DNA of 63,689 nt, filler included, from Cercozoa sp. M6MM (Eukaryota > Protista > Endomyxa: Ascetosporea): the NCBI GenBank assembly GCA_040357565.1. It is 14 parts of 14 records of this genome, joined end to end, with 100 filler letters (N's around TTAATTAATTAA, not from the genome) between each part and the next. Parts side by side here need not be neighbours in the genome. Positions count along the whole stretch, not along the records: positions 26,415 to 31,372 come from JBDODJ010001009.1; positions 31,473 to 34,714 come from JBDODJ010001546.1; positions 34,815 to 41,378 come from JBDODJ010000717.1; 11 more parts are not named here. One strand, written 5' to 3'. Shown one piece after another: positions 26,525 to 40,987 of this stretch. Every line of letters begins with the position of its first letter. Within the stretch, counting starts at the first letter, position 1. Under the pieces are notes generated by a model. That model had not been told where the DNA came from and ran no database searches. It worked only from the letters and a program-made list of their open reading frames with translations. The position numbers and the translations under genes are program-made.

Positions 26525-27529
26525 AGAATAAGTTGCTGGAGGGCGCTCTGTCGGCTTCTCATCTTGCAGTACTGTGTTTCTCGCTAATGCAGTGTCTGTT
26601 TTGATCCTCAGCGACCGTTCGGGTAGAGAATACACCGAGTGGACACGTCGGGTTTCCTGGCTGGTCTGGGAGCCAGTGTTGATGACATGCACCTCAGTGT
26701 GGTTTGTGATGTGCGCAATCCTTTGTGTGGAGACCAAGGTAAATTAAGTAGTCTGCGCTCTTTTTGTGCAAGTTAGTTGCATGCATAGGTGCGGCTGCAA
26801 CGTACGGACCGCAGAAAGGCGCTACTGCTGAAGACATCGCTGAATTCGACGCAGCCGCACGGTATTCTTCGAATCAACTCAGTTTTTGACATCTAAATTT
26901 TCATCGTATGTGATTCAGCTCATTTTTGCAAGCGTGCGCTCGATCGGGAATCGACGACGTCGAAACAATCGCGAACAGTGTAAACTTGAGTTCTCGTGAT
27001 CTTTTTTGGCACTCTAAACCTCGGTTAGACAGGAAGGAGCCGGTGCAGCTGGTGGTCTGGCAGCTGGTCTGATGATGTTCTTCCGCGCGGACACGGTCGG
27101 AGGTGCTGTCTTCGCTGCAGATGTAAGTGGACTACTGTTTACTCATTTCCGAGGTGACATCAAGTTTCTTTCTTGCAGTGCGTGGGACTAACGGACGCGC
27201 TGAAGGAGTGCGACCTCGTGTTGACTGGTGAGGGCCGATTCGATGCTACCTCGTCGTGCGGCAAGCTGCCTGTTGAGGTGGCAAACATGGCACACCCGCT
27301 TCCTGTCGTTGCTCTAGTTGGCTCTGTCGAACACGCCGACGAAGAGGAAAGCGGCAACGAGCCGTGCGAAGAAGAGTCCGGGGCACGCAATCTGTCGGTT
27401 CTGTGCATTCAAAGCGGTGCCATCGACCTGCAGACTGCCATGCGTCCCGACGTGACCCGACGCAACCTTGCGCGCACTGCTGAGCATGTCACGCGACTCT
27501 ACCTGTCGACGTCCGCCGTGTCTCACTGA
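26525..27529 (+). CDS. Glycerate kinase, class I (GlxK/GarK family); intron-containing, 5'-truncated
   Basis: CDVRNPLCG|GAAATYGPQKGA, GAGAAGGL, DLVLTGEGRFDATSSCGKLPVEVA. Confidence 0.9.
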
Positions 27530-28328
27530 ACTACGTTAGGGTCAGAAGTTCGACACTACCCTTCGAGTAAACGCGAGCTCAGTCAAGTACTGTACGCGTA
27601 ACTAACCTAGTCTAGTACGTGCACTACGAAGTTAGTGGGAGACTTTTGTCTGTGGTTGCTCAAGTGTTTAAAAGGTACAAGAGGTACCACTGAGAAGTGA
27701 ACATCGTAGTGCTCTGGCCTAAGTGCTCAAATTCACAGGCAAATTCCCAAGCTCCGTACGAGCACAGTCTGCAGCAACTGCAGTTGACTTCAGTCTGCAG
27801 TTCGATTAGCAGTGACCAGGCTACAGTACTGTCCTGTATAGGCGTAAAGTAAATAGCCACAACCTCCTCTGACTCAAGTGAGCCAATGACCGAAATGATC
27901 TGAGCCGAAGACACGAACAGCGGCAAGCACGCTGAACAGCACTGCAGCAACACTGTGAGCAAATTAGTGCGTGTGGCCAAGTTCAGACCAGCGTCTAGAG
28001 AGCGACCGAGGCTTTGACGAACACTTTTCAGTCGTTTCGTCCAACTCCTCACCGGCACGCTATCGTTTGAGCAGCATTGGCAGAAAGTTTGTACGCGCTG
28101 CCAGGCACAGTAATATCCAGCTGCAAGCAGGAAATCTCACACAGGTAAAGAGCGAGGATTCTTTGTGCTTTTTTTGCTTTTTGCTTTTTGCGTGATTGTT
28201 TTTGCTTTGTCGAATTGTCGTTTCGCCTCAGTTTCTTGAGTGTTGCGCTGTTCGTTTCTATGTGTGTGTGCGTAATCTTGCAGTTTTGGCGTAGAGCGAA
28301 AGAAAACACACGAAACAGAGAGAAGAAA

Positions 28329-29050
28329 ATGGCTCGCAACTCGTCGTACGACATGCTGATCAAGCTGCTGATGATTGGCGACAGTGGTGTTGGCAAGTCG
28401 TGTCTGCTGCTGCGTTTTTCGGAGGAGAGCTTTACGCCGTCCTTCATCACGACGATCGGCATCGACTTCAAGATCAAGACCATCGAGCTGGATGGCAAGC
28501 GTATCAAGCTGCAGATCGTAAGCTTTACTCTGTGCTTCTTTGTCTTAGCCTTTCCCCCCCCTGTGCAGTGGGATACGGCCGGTCAGGAGCGTTTCAAGAC
28601 GATCACGACGGCGTACTACCGCGGAGCCATGGGCATCCTGCTGGTGTACGACGTGACGGACGAGCAGTCCTTCCTGAACATTCGCAACTGGATTCGCAAC
28701 ATTGAGCAGCACGCCAGTGACACGGTGGACAAGATTCTCATCGGCAACAAGTGCGACATGGAGGAGCGTGTTATTGACACGGTATCCCTCATCTTTCTAG
28801 CATACCCATATACCTCTATCCTACCCTGAGTACTTTCCGTGCTTTTTAGGCACGCGGCGAGTCGTTGGCACAGGAGTACGGCATCAAGTTCTTCGAGACC
28901 TCGGCCAAGACGGACCACAACGTCAAGGACGCCTTCTTTGAGATCGCGCGTGACATCAAGAAGCGTCTCGAACTCACGCAGCATCCCGAGCCGCGCAACG
29001 TCGTCGCCGTCAATCCCAAGCCGCGGAAGGGTGGCTGCGCTTGCGGTTAA
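28329..29050 (+). CDS. RAB8: Rab8/RabE/Sec4 small GTPase, 3 exons
   Basis: [50 protein letters not shown]-terminal GGCACG; introns at about 28518-28568 and 28782-28849. Confidence 0.95.
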
Positions 29051-29309
29051 TACCTCTTCGCGTTTTTCGAGCCCCCCAACATCGCTCTTTGTTCCTCCAT
29101 GCATTCAAGCACCCTCCTTCTTCATCTTCCAGTGCTGCATGCGCTTGCGAGCAATGATCGATCTCTATAGACTAGTACTGTTTGCGTTGCAATGCACGTG
29201 CGTTGCGTGCCGCTTTCTATCATTACACGCTATGCTGTAAGCTATTAGAGTCAACTACCATACGGTACAGCAAAACGGTAACGTAAACTATCGTACGACA
29301 CCCGCGAGA

Positions 29310-30970
29310 ATGAGTGAGAAAGATCTAGCGGTGTGGAGGTACTGTATTTGACATGTTCACAGCAGTCAATTGCTTTTCGCGATAAATTTAGATTTTGCAG
29401 CCGCTGGTGAAAGGGAAAGTAGGACGTGTGCTGAACATCACTGAACAGGCCATAGTATCGCTGGTTGGCATCGCGTCACTTGGATATTGCCTTTCGATGT
29501 ATAGAAGAACTATGCAAGCGGTTCGCTGCTCCCCCTCTGATAGACGGTTACAGTATGATTCGCGATCGGCAAACTCAGACAAACGTGGTGCTGTATGTTT
29601 TAAAGGGAGACGGAGGCGAGGGGTAAGGTCGAAGTCGTTGTGCACAGGTGACGTTCCACGTGTCGATGCAGACGGAGAATGCTGTACGACCATTTGTACT
29701 TTTTACCCCTCCCCACTAGAACAGGTCTCGACAGGATGCAGCTGATAAACTGACCGAAACGGAAACTATGAAGCGGAAGGGCTCCTTAAGCTAGTTTAAA
29801 ACGGCCAGAAACTGCCTCTGTCGGATTTGTTGATCGGTTTTGATCGCTTCTCATGGCATAGGTCAAGTACTTCAGGGTTAGGGTCAGCCAGTGCTGGGTC
29901 CAGCTGTGGGTCCAGCTGGCGAGTTCGCTTGACTGTGTTTTTAGTTGAGAGAGTGTACCCGGAGTGATGCGACTTCTACAGGCTGCGGCTCTGGCGGCAG
30001 CTTGCGCCTCGGCAGCCAGAGTGCCAGCCACAGAGTTTTCCTTGTGAGTTGGTCACTATACTGGTCCCATTTATCTTTGGGGAGAACGACGCGGGCACAT
30101 TGCCGTGCTACGCCTTACTGAACAATGCCAAGATGCAAGCACTTCGTCCCGTGGACCTCGACATGTCGATTGAGGTCCGTGGTCTTTCTCTTGTTTCTGA
30201 GTGCGGATATGCGTTGGTTTCTCTCGCAGCTTTTGAAAAATCTGACCGAGTCGCGAGTATACGTGGTATAGCATGCTCTGTAAACAGTACATTTACCAGT
30301 GAGTTCACTTTGTTCTTACACAGAATGTTCCCGAGAGTATGGGAGGCGGCGATTATGGCTGTACAGAAGCGCTTTCCCTTGCTGTCTGTCTGGTGAAGTA
30401 AATTTCTCTGACTGATACTTGTAATTTGTTGTAGCTTTCGTCGTCAGCGAGGAGGGTGGAGGTGCATTGTTTTTTTTAAATCAACAAATTACCGCTGCAG
30501 TTTAAAGTCACTCACCCGTCCTGGTCCGTTTAGACAAAGTCTCTGACAACAATGCTCTGCTGGAAGATACTCCTGGAAGCTACCATATCTCTCTGTACTT
30601 CAACGAAGCAGCCGTTCTGCGAACGATCGCCGCCCGGTCTGAGGTAGACCATACCCAGTATGTTTCGGCTCCGATCGACTCTCACTTTGTGGTGTGTCGC
30701 GCAGCACAAAAAGGAGGACGACAATAATCGCGAGTGGTCGCGTGTGAATGTAGTTTACCCCTCCCCCTTAAAGCCACTGTCTTTTGAACGCTGTTTCCTC
30801 TAGATGACGTTGGAGGCCAAATACACGATGCCGAATGGCAGCGTGACTACCGACTACCATGTGGTTACTTGCCTGTCCCCCTACTTCCTGTACTCCCTAT
30901 GACCGCCTCTTTTGTAGTCTTCAGCACCGATGTGGGTCGAGACATCCTGCCGTTTTGCTGGTGTTTACAG

Positions 30971-31029
<59 letters not shown>

Positions 31030-31107
31030 GTGCTCTGTAGAAAACGGACCGCTAGGCCAGCTGACTGTTCCAACTCAAGCCGAGGTGAGCTCAAAGCAAC
31101 TGACTAA
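29310..31107 (+). CDS. Multi-exon hypothetical protein
   Basis: Series of GT-AG-bounded open segments; no recognised motif. Confidence 0.35.
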
Positions 31108-31472
31108 CACGGTATTCAGTTGTCTCGCCTATCGGACTTGAATTGAAACAGGGCATCCTGGTGGATACGCCGTCGGGACACTTTGAAATCTCGTAAATTC
31201 GAATTGCGGAGCAGACAATGCTTGTCCAAAGACCCTCTCGTTCACCCTTGTGCGCTGCAGTCTGTGCGAACGTTCAGCTCTGTTGGAAACCGAGCTATTA
31301 GGAAGAAAGCCAATGGTTACTGCGACTGGCGATATGATCGTGCAGCCGTCCAAAGGTGAGCCCCCCCCCCCCNNNNNNNNNNNNNNNNNNNNNNNNNNNN
31401 NNNNNNNNNNNNNNNNTTAATTAATTAANNNNNNNNNNNNNNNNNNNNNNNNNNNNNNNNNNNNNNNNNNNN

Positions 31473-31526
<54 letters not shown>

Positions 31527-31583
31527 CACTTACTCACGCACGCAGTCATTAGTTGTATTCTCTCTCTGTCTCTCTGTCCGCAG

Positions 31584-31703
31584 GAGCGTGAGCGCAACAA
31601 GGATGTCTTCGTCCCGGAGGCCGAGGAGGAGTTCGAGGACGAGAACGGCAACGTTTTCGACGCGCGCACCTTCTACGACATGCAGCGCCAGCGTCGTCGC
31701 TAA
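31584..31703 (+). CDS. SF3A3: Splicing factor SF3a60/Prp9, last exon
   Basis: FVPEAEEEFEDENGNVFDARTFYDMQRQ matches the SF3A3 C-terminus (EEEYEDSSGNV..KKTYEDLKRQ). Confidence 0.85.
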   Translation, partial: ERERNKDVFVPEAEEEFEDENGNVFDARTFYDMQRQRRR

Positions 31704-31939
31704 GCATCGAGTCGGATTTAAGAAGGCACACTATCCGCACTATCCGATCGATATAGACACGCACGCGTACCTACCGTACTGGGATGGTGTTCGCGCACGA
31801 TCGGATCGGATGGGTTTCGGCTGCTTGTTTCGTTGCGTTGGTTGCGATACGATTATCGTGTTTATTGCTGGTCGATCTCGACTATTTTCTCACTCACTGT
31901 CATCGAACCAAGTCCTCCGCGCACCGCACGGCAGAACAT

Positions 31940-33748
31940 GACCCCAGGTGTGTAAGTTAAAAATGTTGTACCAACATCAAACAACCTACTCGGCTGACTA
32001 CTTGCTCCGCGTCGCGTGGAAGTACCTATCAGTCATGCCAAATAAGAACTAAGCGAGCAGCTCAAACTGCTGCAAGAATTGAAACAGCCCTCTTTGTTTG
32101 TCTGCGAACAAACCTCTCAACACTCTTAACTGTAACGACGGCCCTACCTTGGGTAACCTCCCTCTCTTTCGGTTTGTTGAGACGTCGAACGAACACTAAG
32201 TTAAACGACCATAAGTTTACATTATTACTTTTTAGTCGTTGTCTTCACCAAAATTGACAATATCACATCAACAGAAAGGTAAAAAGGTATGGTGCGCTAT
32301 TTGCAAACACCAGTCTTGTCCGGGATACCGTTGCCCGTCGATTGAGGGAAGCTTGAGTATTAGCTCTTGCTGCAAAAGCCTCGTCTCTCAAAAAGGCTGA
32401 AGCGTCTGCGTCGAACCTGTTTGGGTAAACTTCGATGCAGCTGTCTTCTCTTCGTTGATATCTTTCAGCGCCGTCCCGTCCATCGTTTGAGCTGGACTTA
32501 CCCCTCGTCGAGTATTTAGAGTAACGATCAGCCGGTTCAGTATTTTAAATTTACTATATTAACGTAACTAAGACCTTTGACTAGTGAGGGGAACTACCGT
32601 ACGGGTGCTCAGGCAGTCGTGTCGTGTCACGCTGTGAGCTAAATTTAGTTGAACGCCTGACCGGTTTCGGAGACGGCTTCTCCCTCAGTAGTCGAGTAGC
32701 CAACTGCAGGCGCGACTGGCGCGTACGACTGCGGTTGGTGCGAGTTTGCGCTTGGTGCAGTCAAAAACGTGCTTGGTGGCATCAGGCCGACCTCTGGCCC
32801 TTCTCCTTGCAATTGCACACCTTCGAATTCGGTCTCCCCCATGCAGTAATTGCTGAGACACAGCTTCAAGCCTGCAGCAAATCAATTGCAGTCAGTGGTA
32901 GACCACCTACAAAATTGAAGGTGCGGGTTTATACCTGCGCAAGCGAGCGGGCCGGAGGGACACCACTGCGCAACCTTCAACTCTGCAGGGTTTTCGAGAA
33001 AACGCGGCAGAGCGCAGGCTGTCTTCCAAGACGAAGCCGGCGTCCAGTCAATACTGAAACCAAATTCAAGTTATAAATTTACAAGCCGCCCTGCGTCTTT
33101 AAACACAGACGGAGACGAGCCTAAACTTACAACGAGAAGCGAATGTCCATTTCCGGGAGGCCATGCTGCGCGAGAAGCTGAAACTTCTGTCGCTCAAAGT
33201 CAGTTACACACCGCTGCAGCGCCTTGTCGGCTTCCTGGAGGAACACCAAATCGGCAAACGATGCTGAAACGCTCTTTTTTAAACGTTATGTACCTCGAGA
33301 AGTCGATTCTGCTCCTCTGCAGCCTTCCGCGTACCAAAAAACATCACGACCTGCAGCGCACAACGAAGCACCACTCAGTAAATGTGATGAGTAACACTGT
33401 CACCTGGCAATTTGAAAGCTGTCAATTTACCAGCAAAAGGGGCGTCAGAGTGGCAGCGCTCAAGATGCACAAAGCGAGAGCGAAATTTTCGATCTCCTTC
33501 GCACTGTTGATCAAGGAGATGCGTGACTCTAGCGATGACACACGCGGTGCAATGACGTGAAGGTTCACAGAGTCGAGAAAAGCTGTCCACTGGCTGGACA
33601 GATTGGACTCAGAGAGAAACGCAGGCGTCTCGCTCAGTGGCAGTCTTAGTTTGTGCAGTCTGTCAAGAAAGGCATCAAACAGCACAGTCACACACAGACT
33701 GTTCAATGTACGTAAATACAGTAAATTTACAACAATACGGGACGCCAT
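31940..33748 (-). CDS. Multi-exon hypothetical protein
   Basis: Open minus-strand segments with GT-AG boundaries (e.g. ASFADLVFLQEADKALQRCVTDFERQKFQLL). Confidence 0.35.
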
Positions 33749-34278
33749 TGACGGCTGTGCAACCCGTGCGTGCTGCCAGAAGTGTCAAACTATTTTACTC
33801 ATATGCATCGGCACGGAAAAGAGGAATTTATGCTCCCAAACACTAACTTCAGTTGTTTACTGTTGTTTACCCTCACCTGTATACGGTGGTCGTTGGCTGT
33901 GACTGATAGGCTGACGGCAAGCGAAACGCCTCATTCTTTGACGGACTCAAAATCTGCCTGTACTCGCAGCCGAGCAAGAAGGTAGTACCGTCACAGCGTG
34001 TACATACACATACTCCGGGACTGCCGCTGAACTTGGGACTTGAAAAAACGCAGGCTTGCCGGTCGAGCGTCGGAATACTTGATCAATTGGAGTACAACAG
34101 CCGAGTGCGTGTACGGTACGGTCAGGCACCAGATACAGCACGATGTCTTACGTTACTCTACGACAGTCCAGAGGACTGAACTAAATGTGCACCGAGCGGG
34201 TACGTACACGATCGGACAGGCAAGTAGGTACGTATACAGTGACAGTATGGTGTCGCAGACAGGGCGCGGGGAGCGAAC

Positions 34279-34655
34279 TCACTCCTTGTCGCTGTCGGCA
34301 TCGTGATCGTCGGCGTCGGCGTCGTGGTAAAGCTCGTACAGCTGCTGTTCGACCGAGTCGCGCGTGATGAAGCGCACCACGCGCAGCGTGCCGTCGCCGT
34401 GGCCCTGGCGCGCACCTGCACAAGCAGCAACATAACATGTCACACAGACACAGACACAGACACAGACACAGACACAGACACAGACACAGACACACAATCT
34501 GCCTACTGTGGAAACAAAAGGACAGGAAAGTACCGCGACCGATAGCCTGCTTCTCCTGTGCGCGCACGTGCTGCACGCTGCCCTCCAGCGGGTCTAGCAG
34601 ACAGATGTCCGTCGCACTGTACAGGTCGGCTCCGGCCGCCGAGCTGGGGGTGGGG
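34279..34655 (-). CDS. SNF2-family helicase C-terminus (Rad5/16-like), last exons
   Basis: AAGADLYSATDICLLDP...EKQAIGR|ARQG...VVRFITRDSVE. Confidence 0.85.
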
Positions 34656-34673
34656 TAAAGGGGCGGAGGAGGG

Positions 34674-34714
<41 letters not shown>

Positions 34715-34814
34715 NNNNNNNNNNNNNNNNNNNNNNNNNNNNNNNNNNNNNNNNNNNNTTAATTAATTAANNNNNNNNNNNNNNNNNNNNNNNNNNNNNN
34801 NNNNNNNNNNNNNN

Positions 34815-37644
34815 GTCTGGCGGCGGCGGCAGCGGCGGCTCCTCGTCGCTCGCAAAGTCCGTCGAAGTGCCGCTGTCCGTGTCTAGTACACATGAGACAT
34901 TCGTTCCAACTATAGAAAACACATAAAGAGAGATACCTTGCTCGAGTGCTGAATCACCCGTGCTGTAGCCGCCTTCGGAGACGGTTTCGTAGTCGCTGTC
35001 AGTGTCAACTACAGGGGATGGGGTAAGAGAGAATCGGATAGGGAGGCAAGGAAAGTGCACAGTCAGAAGGTGGCGCAGAAGGCGGCGGCAGTGGCACATG
35101 ATCGTCATCGTCGTCGGTGCCGAAGGGCGCCATTTTGTTGTTGTTGTCTTCGTCGCTGTCGTTGTTTTCGTCGTTGCTGTTGCTTTCGGCCTGCGTCTCC
35201 AGCGGCGGCGGCAGGTCCAGCAGCGGCGTCTCTCGCGGCAACGCATCTTGCGACAAACGCATGCGCTGCACGCCGTCGACGACATCAACGACGGTAGCGA
35301 CACTGGTGCGATCTGTGTGACCACCGCCAATGGGTTGAGCACTCACATCAGTCTCGATGTGACCGTCCTCATTGTGACCATCCTCATTGTGACCACTCTT
35401 GGCAGGACTGACCGGAGCCGATGGCGGCGGCAACTCGTCCTCCTACGGGGGGGGGGGGGGGGTAAGGGTAAGGAGAGGGCAACAGGAAGAGGTTAAAGCC
35501 TACCTCCTCGCTGGTGGAAAGCACATCGTCGTCGAAGTCGTTCCACATGGCACCAGCATCTTCCGCTTCGGCCTCGGTGATGTAAGGGTCCTCTTGCTCC
35601 TGCATCAGTTCACACACCGGCTCAGACTCCACCGGCTCAGACTTTACCGGCTCAGTATGCACCGACTCAATCTGTGCTGACTCAGTGGGCATCTCCTCAG
35701 TCCGCGTCGACTCCTTCAGTGTTGTTTCAGACGATTCAGATGGTTGTGCCTCTGCGTCGGAAGGCTCGAGGTCCGAGAGTTCGGCGCTCTTCTCGCTGTT
35801 GACACAGACACACGTGTTCGTGTGAGATAGTAGTGTGAGATAGTAAGTCACTCCATTCAAGGCAGTCGTACCACTCCAGAGGCCGCGGCAGCATTGATGG
35901 AACATTGGAAAGGTCGAGTTCGTCGTCGCACTCGTCGTCCTGCTAAACAAAAGTGATAGCATAGTGATAGCATTATGGTGGCATAGTGATAGCATAGTGA
36001 TAGCACAGTGATAGCACAGTGATAGCACAGCGATCGCAGGGTTGGTACCGGTTCGGGCGGCATGTGCTCGCGCAGGTCGTCGTCGGTGCCGCGTGCTTCG
36101 CCAAGATCAAACACGAACAGATCGGCCGCCGGCTCGACGCGGTACTGCTCGTCCGGCAGCACGCCCTGCGAGGTACACAATGAAATAGTGTCAGTCCACA
36201 TGTCCAGTCCACATGTGCAATCCACATGTCCGGTTAACAGGGTCCAGTGCAGTCAGTGCAGTACAATACATATGTGATACGAGAAGGAAGATACCAGTCC
36301 TCCAAAGACCTGGAGGTAGCGACCGCCGACAATGACGGCCGAGGCCGAGCAGCGGCCGGGCGCGACGAAATCGCTGCGCGCTGAGTGGAGTTGCCGCCAC
36401 TCGCAAGTATCGACGTCAAAGTGCCAGACGTCGTTGTAGAAGGAGCGCCGGCCACTCGTGCCGCCAAACACAATGAAGCCGTTGCCCCACTGGCAGGCCG
36501 AGTGGAACGCACGTGGCGACGGCCGCTTGCCTTTCGTCTTGACACGTGTCCACTCGAGCGACGAGTCCAGTCGCCACATGTCGTTCCGGAACTGCGTCAG
36601 ACCACGCAGGCCGCCGAACAGGTACATGTTGGCACCTACTGTCGTTGCTGTGTGTCCGCGTCTATGCGAGAGCGGGGATAGGGTAGGGTTCAATAGTCAC
36701 AGGCTGCAAGACGAGGCAACAACAGCGGTACCTCGGTGGCGGAGAGCGACCAGTCGTACTGAGTGGCGCCCATTTCCAGTGTTCATCAAGTGCCCACGGT
36801 CGCGAGAACTGCCGCAAGCAGTCCCAGCCGCCAAACAGAACGAGTCGCTGTCCAAGTCGCGTCAAAGTATGATCACGACGTGGCGGCGGCATCCTGCGGT
36901 CCTCCTCGCTGCCGAAATCACAAGCCACACATCAAGCCATCTGCCAGCCTGACATCGAGTCGTACCTCTCCATCAACACCTTCATGTGCTTGTAGTCGAG
37001 CAGGAAGCCGCCACTCAAGTAGTTTTGTCCGTTAAAGCCGCCGCAGCAGTACATCACACTGTCGCTCAGTCGGACAGCCACATGTCCCAGCCGAGCCGTC
37101 TAAACCAATACGAAAACCATCGCAAGCAACATCGCGAAAGCGAAAGCAAAAGCAAGCGAAAAACAAGCGCACCTTGGCCTGGAACTCGCCAGCCGACACG
37201 AGCACAGACTCCCAGGTCGTCGTGTCGATGATGTAGAAACTGCCTTTCGTGGCACCTTGGCCGTAGCCGCCAAAAATCACGAGCGAATCATCGCGCTTTC
37301 CGTCGGCGGCGAACACGAGCGCCGAGTGGTACGCACGAGCACTCGGTCGCTCACCTCCGATCTCCTGCAGCACGCCAAAAATCAAGCACGCGATTTCTCA
37401 CAGCTTTGGTACAAAACCAAGCTTCAAACAATTTCAACGCACCTGCTTTCGCCAGTAGAGGCCTTCGGGGTACAGATCGCGCAGCACCTCATCGTCATGC
37501 ACCTGCAAAAAATTAGTTCTCCTCCGCGCGGATCATCTGTTTCCACAATAAATCGATCCAGCGATTGTTAAGCCCTACCACAGCGATCTCTTCCTCAGGC
37601 TCTTCAGAGGAGTTGCTGGACTCCGGCCGGGCGGTACCTGGCAT
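34815..37644 (-). CDS. Kelch-repeat protein with acidic low-complexity C-terminal region
   Basis: PSARAYHS..VIFGG, PPPRRDHTL..LVLFGGW, RRGHTAT..MYLFGG, PSPRAFHSA..IVFGG. Confidence 0.88.
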
Positions 37645-37997
37645 CCGACAACCCAAAGATCACTCGTGAAACCCTACGCACGAGAGCACGCTCCAACGGT
37701 GCTGACGCCGCCGTTGTTATTACACTAACTTCAGAACGACCGTGAGCACAGGGGAGCGGTCTCGTTGCAGTGCAGGGTAAGATTTTTTATTTTTTTGTGG
37801 AGCCTGACCGGCGATCCGCTCGTGCGCTCGGACGACAGCTAACGTCCCAGTGTGCCCCAGACACGTGATTCGTGAGTGAAACCACCCAGGCGACACTTGG
37901 ATCCAGAAGTGGAGTGGTTGTTTGCTCGTTTGTTTTTGGGGATTGGGTTGAAAATCCACGCGGGCGAGCAAGCGGCCCCACAGAGGAGGAAACGTCA

Positions 37998-40956
37998 ATG
38001 AACGACGCAGTGGCGCACAAGTGCATTCAGAAGTTCGCGCGAGAAGAGCTGCACGATGACGCGGACTTTCTGAAGCGTGTGCGGCGGCACATGAAGCGGC
38101 ACTTCGACGCGGCCGAACTGACGGCGCTGTGCGCGCCACTGATGTCCTTCTTGCCATCAGGCTCGCCGAAAGAAGATTTCGCCGCCCGAAAACTCGCGTC
38201 GCAGCACGCCGAAGCTGCGAAAGCGACGACTCGAGCCGAAGCGCCACGAAGCGACAAGCCGCGACGAGGCCGAAATCGCGTCGCCAGGGAACGAGTCGTG
38301 ATTCCCGAAGAGTTCGCGCCGCCTTTCGGACCGAAGATATTTGGTAGACCCGTGCAAAAGTCCGTTCGCGTCGGCGAGCAGTACCAGGTATTTCGCTTTC
38401 GCTTTATGAACTTTGCAAGCTTTTTGAAGAGCTTTTGCTTTGCTTTGCTTTGGACCCAAAATTCTCTTTTGTCGCAGGCGGTTCTGCCGAAGCGTCGACC
38501 CGAGCCGTCACCTCTGGCTCTGGCTCACACACCCTACGATGCCGATCTCTACCTGGACGGAGTCGAAGCACTCACCTCATCGAGCGAAAGCGACAGCACG
38601 CTGGGCGATCTGATCGACAGCGTGAGCGGGTCTGGTCGACAAGACACGAGTGTTTCCAGTCTTGTTTCGGCACCCTTGAGCGGTGCCAAAGGTGAAGACA
38701 GCGAAGCGATCTTTGTGCGTGCCGAAAAAAACCGACCAGTGCCGGCGCTCATGTGGGCACCGCGTGTCAACGAACGTAGACTGCAGGGCTTCATTCGCTG
38801 GGCCAAGTCGCTCTTCCCGACGCGCGAGTTCGAGATGCCACTCGGCAAGAAGGTGCGTGTTTTTAGTATTGCTTTGTTTTGAGTCGGGCTTTGCTTTGTG
38901 AAATAGCTTTGCTTTGTGAAATAGCGTTGCTTTGTGAAATAGCGTTGTTTTGCTTAAACGGAGGTTTTGCTTTGAACGTAAGCTTTGGTTTGCTTTGCGA
39001 GAAATAGCTTTGACTGGCATAGCTCTGCTTCGAGTGAAAACAGCTTTGCTTTAAGTGAAACAGCTTTGCTTCAACTCGATCTTTGCTTTGCTTTGAGTGA
39101 AGACTGTGCTTTACTTTGAGTGAAACTGTGCTTTGCTTTGATGGTTAACTTTGCTGTGTTGTGCACAGAGGGTGGCGGAGCAGATGAGCAAGGAGAAGCT
39201 GCTGCTGCTGTTGCGTGCCGTGGACTTTGACCTGGAGCGTGCTCGCAAGCTGGCCTTTATGGGCCCAATCTACGGCACGTCGGACCCGTCGCTGATGCGC
39301 GACTTTGGCGTCGATGTGGACCTGGTGGTGCTGGGTGCGCACCCCAGTGCCGGCGCCGACGTATGTGGCAGTCTCAACGACGATGACTTCGAGGACGTCG
39401 ATGCCACTCGCCGCATCGACGAGGCCGGCTTCTGCTTCCGGTGCGGTGACGGTGGCGAAGTCGTCATGTGTGACGTCTGCAGCAAGGTCTACCACCTCGA
39501 CTGCGCTCGTCTCAAGCAGCTTCCCGAAGGTACGTTCTCTCTCCTGCCCCGCCCGCCTTTACTACCCTCCCGCGCAGGCAAGTGGATGTGCCCATCGCAC
39601 TTCTGCTCGTTGTGTTTGCGAAAGAAGCTGCCGAATGTGTCGAGTGATGAGTCGCTGCGGTATAAGTTTTTTTCTTTCATCTATATACCCTATACTCTTA
39701 CCCCCCCCCCCCCCGGGGGGGGGGGGGGGGCGGGGGCGGGGTGGGGGGGGGGGGGGGGGGGGNNNNNNNNNNNNNNNNNNNNNNNNNNNNNNNNNNNNNN
39801 NNNNNNNNNNNNNNNNNNNNNNNNNNNNNNNNNNNNNNNNNNNNNNNNNNNNNNNNNNNNNNCGAACTGCCCGCGCAGTTTCTGTCGCGAGTGCTGGCAG
39901 TCGGATTTGCAGCTACGTGTTGCTGTACCTTTGTTCCTACCCCACTAACCTTTATTTACCCCCCCCCCCCGTTAGTGCACGCCGCTGGTGTTTCGATGGA
40001 GGCAGCGAGAGATGCTGCGTTCGATTCTTCTGGACAACTGTACCCCCTTGACCCATTGATCCCTACTGATCTATATTGATCTCTACTGATCTATATTGAT
40101 CCCTACTGATCTATATTGATCCCGACTGATTCCAATGACTGATATCGAACCGTGTATGATAGACGAACTCACGAATCCGAACTGGAGCAGCGCTGAACGC
40201 ATCGCCGAAGTCGATGGCATTCTCGATCGCGTTCTCAAAAACAACAACGATAATAACAACGAAAACAGCCAGGAGGAGCAAGAACAGCAGGAGGAATTAC
40301 ACGACGACGTCGAGTCGGAAGACAGCGACAACAACGACGACTCTTCCGGCAACGCCGACCTGGTCAACTACGAGTTCTGGTATGACATGCATCTGTATTC
40401 AAACGTGTCTGTGTGTATACCTGTAAAGGCAGATGGCTATCTGTTATATTACATATATATTCATTTATTCATTTATTCATTTATTCATTTATTCATTTAT
40501 TTGCTTCTGTCTACCTACCTCATCTGTATGTCTATCTATCTGTCTATATCTACCTCTTCATCTCTCCCTCTACCTACCTACCTACCTCTTCATCTCTCTC
40601 CCTCTACCTACCTACCTACCTACCTACCAACCTACCTACCTACCTACCTACCTACCTACCTACGTATCTACCTTCCTAACTATCCACCTCTCTACCTACT
40701 TTCCTGTCCATCTATCTATCTACCCCTCTACCCACTCATCCTCCTACCCCCACTCTACCTTACCCTCCCCTCCCCTGTGACAGTTGCGAGCGCTGCACGC
40801 GCAAGCACTGCGGCAAACGCGGCGTCGAGATCTGGCGCAAACTCGGCATCGCCAAGCAGAGCTTCCTGAACCGTCTGCGCGAGGTAGATCGCACCGTAAT
40901 TGATCCCGTCATTGATCCCAGCCACTGTGCGATCACTGATCGATCATGTAATGACG

Positions 40957-40987
<31 letters not shown>

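Noticed and set aside
39700-39762. Poly-C/poly-G fold-back hairpin
   Set aside because: Adjacent to a scaffold gap; probably an assembly artefact.
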